From Raillietiella orientalis (taxonomy: Eukaryota), in the NCBI GenBank assembly GCA_036172245.1, contig JAYWIR010000040.1:1798001-1862000 (forward strand): DNA of 64,000 bases. The letters are read 5' to 3'. Below, in pieces: positions 50,943-62,027 of this stretch. The translations under genes were made by a program, and so were the position numbers. Each line of letters opens with the position of its first letter. Within the stretch, counting starts at the first letter, position 1. Under the pieces are notes generated by a model. The model did no database searches and was not told the DNA's origin. It saw nothing but the letters and a program-made list of their open reading frames with translations.

Positions 50943-53653
50943 TTACTTCACGAGGAGCACGAGGGTCTCGTTTTCCAAATCGATCTGCGTCACCAAGTAT
51001 GTCATCATCTTCTGAGAGATTGTCCACATATCCTTGGTCGACCTCAGTCCGGTGGCAAACCCCAGCACAGGCACAACTGAGTCGTTCACCTGGAAGGAAA
51101 GGTCGATGTTAGTCGGATCATAATCTCCCACCAAGATGGTTAAGGATTGTGCCCACTCTTCCGATTTGCGGGCGACATGAGCGAGGAAAAGACAGGCGTG
51201 TAAACAACGTGCGACGCGAGTTTTCGGTATGCACGCGCCGAAAGCGTGTCAGGAACCGCTCAAATGCCAAGTTACACTCCGGGGAAAAGAGAGAGTGACT
51301 CTTTGGAGATGACGGAACACGCAAGATCGTCGATATGAAGCAAGAGTGAAGTTGTTCCTCGAGAACATCACAGGAGCAGGAACAGGGGAGCTTTTGTAAC
51401 TTCTCTTGCCGTTTGTCCATTCTAACTTTATGAGACTAGAGTGGACGACCGCAACTCAGTTAGCACTGCGGATTGCTTAGTCTCTCGGTTACAATTGGTT
51501 AAATGGTAGGTACTACTATTAGTTCGGTAGTTGCTACTACAATCAGTCGGAGAGTTGCTTATTTAATTGAATTGAAGTTTGTGGACTTTGGCTACTCACT
51601 GTGATATCTGTGACATAATCTTGTGGTTTCATCTCAAGCACTACACCATTGTCAAATGTGTAGGTTACAGTAGGCAATGATTTCCAGTCAGTCGCAAGCT
51701 GTTCAATAACTCGACGCTGCTAGGAATGAGAACTGATGTGGAGACTCACCCCGTACAAGTGGTCCACATCCAGAGGTTTGATTTGCTTACGGAACTGCTT
51801 CATAAAATTCTTACTGACTTGAGCGATTGGAAGGGCTGTATCCAAGTAAGCAACGCATGATTTTTGACACATTTCTTGTTTGCCAACCTTGATGCTGAAA
51901 AGAAATAACTGTGGTGCTCATTGCTCTCGGACTGCCAGCGTTGGAGGTTGTATGTTTCCACAGCATTCTCAAGCTTTGTCCATAGTTGCGTTTTGGAACA
52001 TCCATAGAAGCGATCGACGCAGAGGGGGTTTCGAGTCCTTCCCCTGGATGATGCTAAGGATGGATCAGGATTGGGGAATGCGTCGGTAGGGAACCCTCAC
52101 GTGCGCGGACGGGTGCTCCATTGACTAGCAGTCGAAAATCGTGAGGGAAACCTTCATGGTCCCTCCCAGCAATCCTGGAGGGGTTCCCTTGGGACTTCCC
52201 CCCCTTCCATTGCGAGAATGGTAGCTTCGGAACCCCCATCCTTGCTTCATTCGTACCTCGGTCGGTCACGTGACAGTAGAAAAGTCTTCTAAGACTCTAT
52301 GCAACGGAGTTGACGAGCCGTTCCGATGTTTTCAAGGTGGCATGGGAACGGCTCCATCGCGGAGGACGAAAAAAGGGAAAAAACTAGAGGGACGCGAGGA
52401 GCAGCGAGCGAGGATGCGAATTCCATCTTCCTCTGCCGCAACCAGCTGTGGTCGTCTTTCTAGAATCCCACTTCTTTGCACGTTCTTAAAGAGTGAGCTG
52501 CACCTCTAAATAATGATGCTAAAGATTCCTAATTGGCAGAATCCTTAAACTCTGCAACCTTTTAAAAGATCTTTGGACACACTTTACTATTCAAGCTACC
52601 GTCATCAACTTGCACTTAGGAAACGAGCAGACAACAGACAATTCCGATCTCTGGCTGCGAGGAAATGGGCACTAACCTGAGCAGGGAAATCATATAGAAA
52701 TCTTCCCTTCTGCTTATCGAGTAATTGGCGTAGAGATGTGAACTTGAAAATGGATACGAATCTCCCAAAACAACAATCCCCTTTCGCTCTTTCCTAGATC
52801 GAGACGTTTGACGTGTTTGAGATGCTTTCAAAGGTTTGCTTTACCGATCGAACCGCATGTAGATGATTTGCTTCATCCGATGGTCACTCAGAAGCGAATT
52901 TAAGCCCGACGGATTTATGCCGAAGAACCCGTCGCTTGCCAGAAAATTGATGTAATTGGTCGGTCGCGGATCTATATCAAAAACTGCCATATTTCTCGTG
53001 AACACATGGTTGTTAAATTTCTGGAACGGATCGGATTTGAATGCAACATGGACTCAGGTGATCCACGAGGGAGGCCTCGGTTCGTTACTCCCTCACGAGA
53101 TTTCAACTTGGCAGCCACAAACTTACAAAGTTGAAGATGCGTTGAGTTCCTTTCAGATTAACAGCTAGCAAAGAATACTTCTTTTGCAGGTCTGTTGGAG
53201 GGTTTTTTGACAGCATTGAAGCATTGTATCCTTTGCGACGACCTGCAAAGAAAGGGAAATCGTCCTGTGTTCTCCCTCTCGGTCCAGTCCCCTTTACTGC
53301 AATAATTCGACGAGCACTCCAATGATGGAAGCCACACGATATCAGACCAGCTATCTAAAACCTGGATGTATACCTCGCTGTTAGTAGACATCTCCACAAC
53401 GTATCCTCCCTTGGAAAAGAAAGAATATCCTGTTATCTCTCTGCATTCCTGAGAAGGATAACTCCCACTTTCAAGAACTTCTGGTTCATTTTGAGAGCTA
53501 CTCCTTCAGCAAAAAGTGATCTGAAAGAGAAAGACAGAAAAATGAAGGTTCGAACAGAGTAAATTGAAATGTTAGGAATTCTCCAGGATGTTTGTTAGAA
53601 ACTCACAGAGTCAGAGCCAAGAATGAAACCGCGAGTGCCTTCGAAGCTGCCAT
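50943..53653 (-). CDS. secreted, divergent pepsin-family (A1) aspartic peptidase homolog, probably catalytically inactive; 343 aa, 9 exons
   Basis: Exons 53653-53607, 53520-53469, 53409-53298, 53242-53127, 53020-52845, 52793-52677, 51894-51750, 51719-51600, 51089-50943 splice in frame with GT-AG at every junction. Signal peptide MAASKALAVSFLALTLSLFAEG. Pepsin landmarks occur in order: VLDSWSDIVWLPSLEC (vs FDTGSSNLWVPS..C), SDGFFG (DGILG), GIVVLGD (GELILGG), IKVG..MCQKSCVAYLDTA (C..GCQAIVDTG), SLPTVTYTF...KPQDYV, MWTISQ...IDLENETLVL (WILGD..FD..N.RVGF). ATTAAA and AATAAA lie downstream. Confidence 0.88.
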
Positions 53654-53749
53654 CCCGCTCGCCTGACCTCTGGACCCGGAAAAAGTTCTTTTTATGTCCC
53701 CGAGGACACCTGTAAAAAGTTCGTCGAATGGAATTTCAAATGGTAGCAG

Positions 53750-54950
53750 GTGTTTCTTGTTCCCACCTCAGCACACCTGCGTCGCGCCTTTGCATATTGA
53801 TTGCGAGGTGGTGTTCGGGAATTTCACAAGACAGAGGAACGGTTCCCGGGAACGAGGATCCTGCTAGCGCCGAGGTGCCTTGAAAGGGGATCGCGTTCGC
53901 TTTTACATGGCGCCCTTCGGAGCCTACTCGTGCGAGAAGGTAAGGAAACACCCTTAAGGAGGCAAGGGAACCGCTCATCCGAGGAGCAACCTCGGAAGAG
54001 CTCAGGAACACATTCCCTGGTGGAGAGCCACTTGGTATATCCTGCTGTCGGGAGCGCCGTCGCACTGCGCGCTCTGCGCGGGGCACTCCTCAAAGAGATC
54101 AGCAGCGATCACGAGCTGGGGCTGCGAGATCGTAATCCCTTAAGGAAATGGATGCAGAATCCTTCCCTCGTCTCGCTTCACCTTAAGGAGCAGAAACATT
54201 TCGAGGTTCCTGCAAATGCAGGCATCCTGGGCTTTCGAGCGGAGAAACCCTCGCCCTCCAAGATAGGGGAGCCCACACCCTTGACGGTCCGTTCCCGTAA
54301 AGCCTTGTTTTCCCGAGATCCTTAGAGTACCCGTACTCCTCGAATGTGTTATCCCGGAAGTCCCTAGTCAAGGTGTCGTGTGGTTATCCCACGGGTGCTT
54401 TCCCAGCATCCCCCTCTCCTGGTGAGCTTGAGGAGAGGGTTTCAGCGAAACTGCATCATTCTCTTCCCTGGTCAAGGACTACCACGCGAACCCGCCTGCT
54501 TGGTGTCCTCCGACGAACGCGTAAAGGCAGAGCTGCTGCTGCCCTCTGTGAAGGTTCACATAACGGAGAAGTGAGTTGGTGGCGAAAGTCCCCGAGTGGC
54601 TTCCAGCTGGTTCCTTCTCGAACAGGCAGCGGGTTCGGAACCTTGCAGCGACGTTTCCACGACTGGACCGCGTCGCGGTGTCTCTCGAGTGCGCTGCCGC
54701 GTCTTAGAGAGGCGGAGAGCTCGGAGATTGGCGGCGGCCCTGAGATGCGAAGTCGGCGGAGGAGACGAAGCCCAGTCCAGACCGCTTTTGCCCAACTTGG
54801 AAGGCGGGAACGTCGGTGGTTCTACGCGTAACCAGACCCCCTCCCAAGTTGCATCTATGGGTGAACCTGAGCCTTGAGGTGATCCTCGACCGCTTCTTAG
54901 GTTGCAGGAGGAAGGGTTTTTACATCTCACGCTTCCTCCTGCAAAGATTT
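53750..54950 (-). mobile_element. possible 5' zinc-finger remnant of a non-LTR element
   Basis: GGSVRCKNPSSC and KWL..REC...RFPC finger-like stretches; the GC-rich block ends abruptly at ~54950. Confidence 0.35.
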
Positions 54951-55299
54951 TCAAGACATTCTTTTGAGTTTAACATCTATATGTTAGGTAAACTTTGGAA
55001 GACCAAGTCTATTTCATTACAAAAGTGTATCGATTCCCATATTAGTATTGGGACAGAGGAAATCCATAGTATTCAAATTATTAACTTTATTTGAAAATAT
55101 ATGTATATTAGGATTGCGGTTAATCCATAGTAGGTTGACGATTTGAATCCTATTTCGTGAAACAGCACATAACCAGGAAGAACTAAGGTCACATATGTAT
55201 TGCTTGCAACAACGAAAGAATGAAAACAAACAATAAAGTTGAAATCAACACCAATAATAAGTTGAAATAACTTATTCTACAGACTCATTTGTCGACTGC

Positions 55300-57800
55300 G
55301 TTAGGTGTGTAAAATGCCAGTACTAAATTAATGAGCTGGGGGGAAAAAAGCAGTAACAACGGCAATAATCTATGAGGGATCGCTTTACCTACCGTGGGGC
55401 ATAAATGGTACCTCAGGATCTTTCTACAAAAGCAAGTCCAAAACTGTGAAGGTGTTCAGGTACATTTTAAATCTGGGATACTGTCACTAACGAAGGAGGG
55501 ACCACAATTATCATCGCAATCATGACTCCATTTCATTAGGAAAACCGCAAAAACTGTTTTAAAAGATTTAGGACATTCACAAGTCGGGAACTCTGGTCAG
55601 TTTCCTGTATACCCAGGGGATTTTTATTTACAGTCAGTGCTCTGGTCACTGTATTTATTTTTTTTTATAGTTTTATAACTACAACTTAATAATAGAAAAA
55701 TCCCATCTTCAGCTTACGAGGAATCACGTTCCAAAATTCCACATTGCCATTCAGCCTATTCTTTTTCAAGTCGCCCGAAATTTTCCGTATGGGAAACGAT
55801 TTTCACGAGCACCAGTGAACTACCTAAGCTCCTGGGCAAAGTCCATCGTGTCCATAATACCTTGCAGAGGAATATCGAAATGCACATTATATATTCACGG
55901 AGAGATAAATGAGAAAACTAAGCGGATAAAAGCAAAGATGAATATTTGCAGTTATTCAATCAGCCTGCCTATTGATGATTTGTCGGCCAATGAAAGCGGT
56001 AAAAGTGACTGACATAGTAAGGCTAGTTTTAACGAAATTAAACAAAAAACCCTCCGAGAAAACTCGCTGTCAGAGGGCAGTGTTGCATCTGGGTCAAAGG
56101 TTGCACGAGAGCATTCAATGGAGTATATCCACGTTGTTTTTTTCATAGGAAATGCGATATTGGAAAAACATTTCACGGGCACTTTTTTGGTTGTTCTCAT
56201 AGTCTGAAATAACATCCAGATGGTTATGAAGACTGATGCGTGCTTTCAGATTTTTGGATCCCACCTTTTACATAGCTCAAAGGCTAATTTTGTTTGTTTC
56301 TGACTTTCTGGCTCGTTTCACTACGAACTCTTTCCTCTGTTTTCCTCTGCTCCTCAGTTGCAACCTCGGTTAGGCATCCGTTGGCTGAAACGTCAGTCAT
56401 ACCAACAGACCATAACAGCATTATATTCCAAAATTTTCTTCGATATTAATAATGGTTCCGAGTGGTCAAATCCAAGAGATGGAGATGCAATACTCAGTTT
56501 TGCCTTTTACGCTGATGTTAACGTTCGAAATACTTCTTGAAGTAAGGAGGTAGCAATAAATTCGGTGTAAAAATTGGATTAATGGTAAGCAAGCCTACAC
56601 AGTCGCTACAAGAGAATTATTAAAGATTTACCCGAGATCTCTTGAAGCGCTTTCTCGGTCATGCTAGTTAGCTGTCCATACTGCTGATTTGTACTCTTTC
56701 TATTCTGCCATGAAGCTTCTAATCTTTTCTCTTGGGAATGAAGTGATATGCCACTCATGTGAATATTCTCAAGACCAACATGCATACGTAGGAAACCAAC
56801 TATACTCCATATTCCTTTTAATGACACATTCCTGTAGCTGTTTCGAAATCCAGTATTGCAGTAGAGCTACTAGTGTGTAAGATTTCTGCTGATCGTATTT
56901 TCTGGTTGTAGTTGTGATTAATATCACAGTTCTTTTTTTTAGTAATAGTTCTTATAAGAGTAGGAGTTTCTGTTTAATAATGAGTTTAACAATTCTTTGT
57001 GTTTAATATTCATACTACTGGGCTAATGGAAATATAGTTAATTTAATCAAAATGTAAATGAATGATAGCTGATATAAAAATTTTCATGTCTTATTGTAGA
57101 TCTATTTTACTGCCCACCACGTTTTTTTTTTTTTTTTTTTTTAACAGTTTTAAGCTAAGCACAAACTGGCAAATGGTAGAAGTTATTTTTCATTCTTTTT
57201 TTTTTGGTAAAAAAAAAAAAAAAATAGAATATGTATATGCTTGGTATTCTCTTATTCATTTTACATCCACGTTTTGAAATTAGTCTACTCTGTCCTGCGT
57301 AAAGAAATGCTTGGGTTGGTCTCGATAGTGGTCAGTAAGATCAAGCATTGCTGATGGGGGAAGTTTCGCGTGGAAAGTAGGGAGGATAATGGGGTACGAG
57401 TAAAACGAAGTCATCGCTTCCTTAGATTGCTGTAGGTTTGCAGATTTAAAAGTAATTCAAAACGACGTCCAAGGCTTCGATACGAGCTCTTCACATGTAT
57501 CTTTCCGAATTGTACATGAAGTGAGTCATCATGTCTACGCAGTCGTGTTTCGTACACGCTTTTTCTCCGGTTAACATACCAATGTTCAATCATCGGTCAA
57601 GTCGATGCTGACCCGTTAGGCTCCAACTTTTCAAGCTGAGCAAACGCGGTTTGCTTTTTCTTAGGCCAGTTGCCATTTCTTTTCGAACCATTTTGATCAA
57701 TAGCTTTTTTGGATTTACGAAAGCAACGCCTCCTGACGCCCGCTGAACTCGTTGGCATCACTGAATTTAAAAATTATTTTCCTTGTCACCCCCAAAAAAG
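55300..57800 (-). mobile_element. decayed non-LTR retrotransposon (finger + RT), AT-rich copy
   Basis: Finger-like HWY...SLGRRF (57590-57450), EASW...ALQEISGKSL (56720-56620) and CISISWI (IAWLD-like, ~56480). Confidence 0.45.
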
Positions 57801-58052
57801 GCATTTGGGTTCCATAAGCCTTTATCGTTCACGTTTGCATTCAGGTTTTAGAATGTCCGATTAAAAGCACTAATCCATGCAACATTACTGTTTTTACAAA
57901 TGCGACTGTTTAAAATGCGTTTCGCATTTTGCCGCTTCAACAGAGAACAATTCTACGATTTATAAGATTGGAAAAAATTGCGGATATTCTAAAAAATTCA
58001 CAATCATGTATTCTTCGGCTTATTTATGATGTAATATAAAAAAATCACATGT

Positions 58053-58083
<31 letters not shown>

Positions 58084-58162
58084 AATCTATGAATATTTTT
58101 CCATAAAATTTGGTTACAGAATTCAAACTTTCAACAATATTTCTGGAATACTGGACTAGGGT

Positions 58163-61100
58163 TTACTCAAGACTAGGTGGATCAACATGCTCCATTTGTT
58201 GAATATGACGCAATACATCCTTTTTGGTGATGACTCCTAAGAGGCGCCTAAAAACGTTTATGCAGGACTTCCCAGAGCTGTCAAAACTTACCCGCTATGT
58301 GTAACAAGAACTTGACGTAACCCAAGTTTGCGGAACATATCAATAACAGTTTCCATTGGGGTTTGATCCGTAACTGTAATTGGTGCTAGATCAAGAATCT
58401 TCCTTAAACGTACAACAGACTGTCTTGAATGTCTGCTGGGGGACTGATGTTCCGTAAATACAACTGGTGATTCTGCAGTTATGCTGTCATCGTGTTTTTT
58501 AATATTGGCTTGAAGGTTATGAGAGATGTAACCATCATAATCATAAGTTACCTATTGCTAACATCAAGTCACGGCGCAATACATATCCAACAAGATATTG
58601 GGATTCTTGTGAAACCACAACTGGAAAACCATTGTAATCAGTCCATTGTAACATGTTTTCTACTTGGCTCAAAGTCATGGAATCTTGAGTTAAGAGACAT
58701 AGGGGCTCACTACGACGAGGCTGCATTACATGCATTGCTAGTGTAGTATGCTCAAATTCTTGTTTGCTGTCCAGAAAAGGGTAGCCATTAAGACGAATAT
58801 GTGCACTATAAATTCCTTCTTTCCTGAGAGCATCTCCAACCCATTTACTAGCCATAGCAGCAGCCATTAGAGGCACTATGTAGCGCACACCTCCTGTTAG
58901 CTCAAACATAATCACTACTAGAGATACAGTCATTCTAGTAATTCCTCCCAGCACTGCTGCAGCTCCAATTAATGCATATAGTCCAGGTGTGATGCACGTT
59001 TGTGATGCACACTCACCATGAAAAAACCAAGATCCTGGATAGAAACTACAATGAAAAATCAATTCTTTCTGGCTCTTAAGTGATAATTCACGAACTAGGC
59101 TAACTGCTCTATTCCAATTCCTACTACACGTCCCAAAATGGCTCCTATGGCAAGACTGGGAATGAAAAGACCAGATGGAACTTTTATGCCGAATGTAAAG
59201 ATAGTAACAACAAGCTTAAAGATAAGTGCCATAGGCAATTGCCAGAGAGCTTGATGAACTCCTGGACCTGCTGGGGCCAATCTTACTTCTTCATTGACTT
59301 TCGTAAAGTTCCACTGATAATCACTATTAACATTAAAATAAAACATACAATCTCAAAAGCTCTTGCTTACCATAAAGGATGAATGTCTGCACTTCCACAT
59401 TGGCTAAATAACAAGTAGATTAACTTGCTAGTACTCATTCTAGTATAAGGATTGGGAAATGCTAACATTGCAGTAAGCAATGTGACCAACATTACTTCAA
59501 GAGCAGGATGCTGACCCAATTTAGATTCCTTGCGGTACTGACACCACCGAATATTTGCCCATATAAAAAAAGTGCCAATAATACCCTAAGAAATTCGACA
59601 AATAAAAAACGCAGCAACATTCATATAATCTTACCCCACAAATGCCAAGTGCAATAAACGGAACTAATTCAAAAAAAAGCCAAGGTTGGCTATATTCTAC
59701 AAAGAAAAGTACCGAATGTTCATTTCCAAATGGATTGATAGATGCAAGCACAAAAGCTGCCACTAATGCACAAAAAAAAGACCTCCAAAGCGTTTTCAAG
59801 GGAAAATAGTAACTGACTTCTTCTAAACTAAAAAGAACACCACCAACAGGTGCACCAAAAGCTACAGAAACCCCTGCTGCTGCTGCTGCAGACAGTATCT
59901 CCCTCTTTTTGGCTTCATTCCTACCATACTTGGGGAACAGATATGATATGATATTGCCTAGTCAAAACAAGAAATAAGGTGATTTAATTAAGCTTTTTGG
60001 CTTACCAATGCAGCAAGCAACATGTACTAAGGGTCCTTCTTTACCTAAGCTGAGTCCAGCAGAAACAGCCAACATGATTCCCACTGATTTAATAATTAGT
60101 GTCCACTTTCCCAAATAGCCTCTAATGATAAAGCCACTCAAAATGGTCTTGATCTAAGTTTCCATTACATTCTTATGAACTAAAATAAATCTCTTGCCTC
60201 TGGGATTCCTGATCCACATGCATAAGGAGCAAACATATGAACTAAGGATACAGCCAGTGCAGCAAATGACAAAGACCACAAAATGTAACAAATGAATTCA
60301 ATGATGATGGCTCCTGTTCCATCACGATGGTAACCCAATATTTCAGACCATGTCCACCACTGAGAGCAGTTTAAAGCTCCAATTCCATCAAACAGTGTTT
60401 CACTGGAAGACCAGCAACACTGCTCACGATTCAGCCAAAATGCCTCAGGGCATATGCCCTCTCTAAGATCAACCATCCAGGTGGCACCTATGTCAATCAC
60501 ACTTGCAAAAGTTCCTGAGAAAGCACTAAATCGGATTCTATAGATCTTAATGTTTACCTGCTGTCATTCCAACTAATAAGACACAAAGCCAACCAGACCA
60601 AGCATCATGAAAGCCACGTATCATGTTACAGATGGAGTTTTTGCTCTGAGCAATAATGAATCGACGGCGCATCTGATCCCTTGCAATATCTCGTTGCCAA
60701 TCGATTGTGTGAAAATCATCATATTGACCAATTCCTGGTGGCAACTCCTCATTATCCTTGTCTGCTGAAAGCAGCAAGCTAAAACCATGAGCACAGGGCG
60801 GAGATTATCCAAGCAGTCACTCACCACTGGAATGGTTTAATGGACCAAACACCACATTACCTTGAAAATAAACAAAACTGTGCAGAACACATGCAAGATA
60901 TGTAACCACAACCATTACCAGAAAGGTAAACTAAAAGTTTTGTGAAAATACTACAAAGCAATTTCTATAGTAAGAAAAATATTTATGTATTCATTCATCA
61001 ATGATGCAGAAATGGTTTGATATAAACAAATACCAGTTTATTATCAATAGATATAAGAACACACGACAAGAGGCAAATCATGCATTGCATCATCATATGA

Positions 61101-62027
61101 ACCATTTACACAATTCAAAATGATGCTATAAACATCAGCCACATAGTTTAAATAGAATTCAACATACTGTTTCCAAAAGTAAGCTCATCTTCTTGCATCA
61201 CATCAACAGAAGAATTTGCAGTGTTTGTGTCAGTTGGATTAGCTGCTAGTGTTGTCAAGTGCTTTTTTGTTTGCATCTATAGTTTGGTAAAGAAATCCAT
61301 ATCAGTCATACTAAATCATATCAATATGAAGCAATTTTCACAACCAAATAAATGAGAAACATAAATATATAATGGTTAAGACAGTCAGTAGTATAGACAA
61401 TGAGAATTTCTGCAATTCTATAATTACAGTTATCACACTAATATCGAACACACACACAAAAAAAAAAACATTATTCCTCATTTCTGGGTGAATATTAACA
61501 AAAAATGTTGTGACATTAACATTGGATTCATTCATCAAACTACATGATTTAAGAAACATCTACCCTTTGATCTAATGTATCAGTCTATTCACCAAGCTAT
61601 AATGGCTTTAAACTACAATGGCCAATACTTTTTATGAAACAGTCAACCACACTCACAAATATTAATATGCTTGAGATTAACCCAATTTGAACAGTGAGAT
61701 GACGAGATCTTTTCAAAATCAACTTTCATAATGTGAAAGTTCATTTTCAAAAGTGAAAACTCATCCTTGATAATTACATAATATTGAACAACCTACGAAT
61801 AACTTACTGGGAAAAAAGTCATTTACTGAAGCAATTCTTTACAACTTGTTTACCTTCAACAAATCATCAAGTGCAAATGCAGTAACTGATTCTTTCTTTA
61901 TCTTTATGGAATCCGAATTCAACTTTTGTTTATTTAGAGAATTAAATGTATCTGTTGAATGATAACTAGTTACAAAGGGTAAGCTAAGTAATTTCTTAGC
62001 ATGCTTGAGGGGATCGGTTTCCATCAT
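58163..62027 (-). CDS. CLCN3: ClC-3/4/5-type vesicular 2Cl-/H+ exchanger with C-terminal CBS domains
   Basis: Motifs [28 protein letters not shown] (gating Glu), [20 protein letters not shown] (proton Glu), [21 protein letters not shown], and CBS region GFPVVVS...MFRKLGLRQ...[13 protein letters not shown]; stop at 58165-58163. The first coding exon (62027-61854, or an ATG at 61276) is less certain. Confidence 0.94.

Noticed and set aside
51811..51900. CVAYLD initially read as a reverse transcriptase motif
   Set aside because: Context (IKVG..C..C.A.LDT, flanking splice sites, downstream LPTVTYTF..PQDYV) shows it is the second lobe motif of the pepsin-like gene.
58319..58331. acccaagtttg resembling part of nematode SL1
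   Set aside because: Short chance match on the antisense strand of a ClC coding exon (FRKLGLR); no donor or Sm site.
61277..61309. Short in-frame uORF ([10 protein letters not shown]) abutting a ClC ATG, suggesting readthrough
   Set aside because: The TAG is better explained as the acceptor for an upstream phase-0 coding exon (62027-61854).
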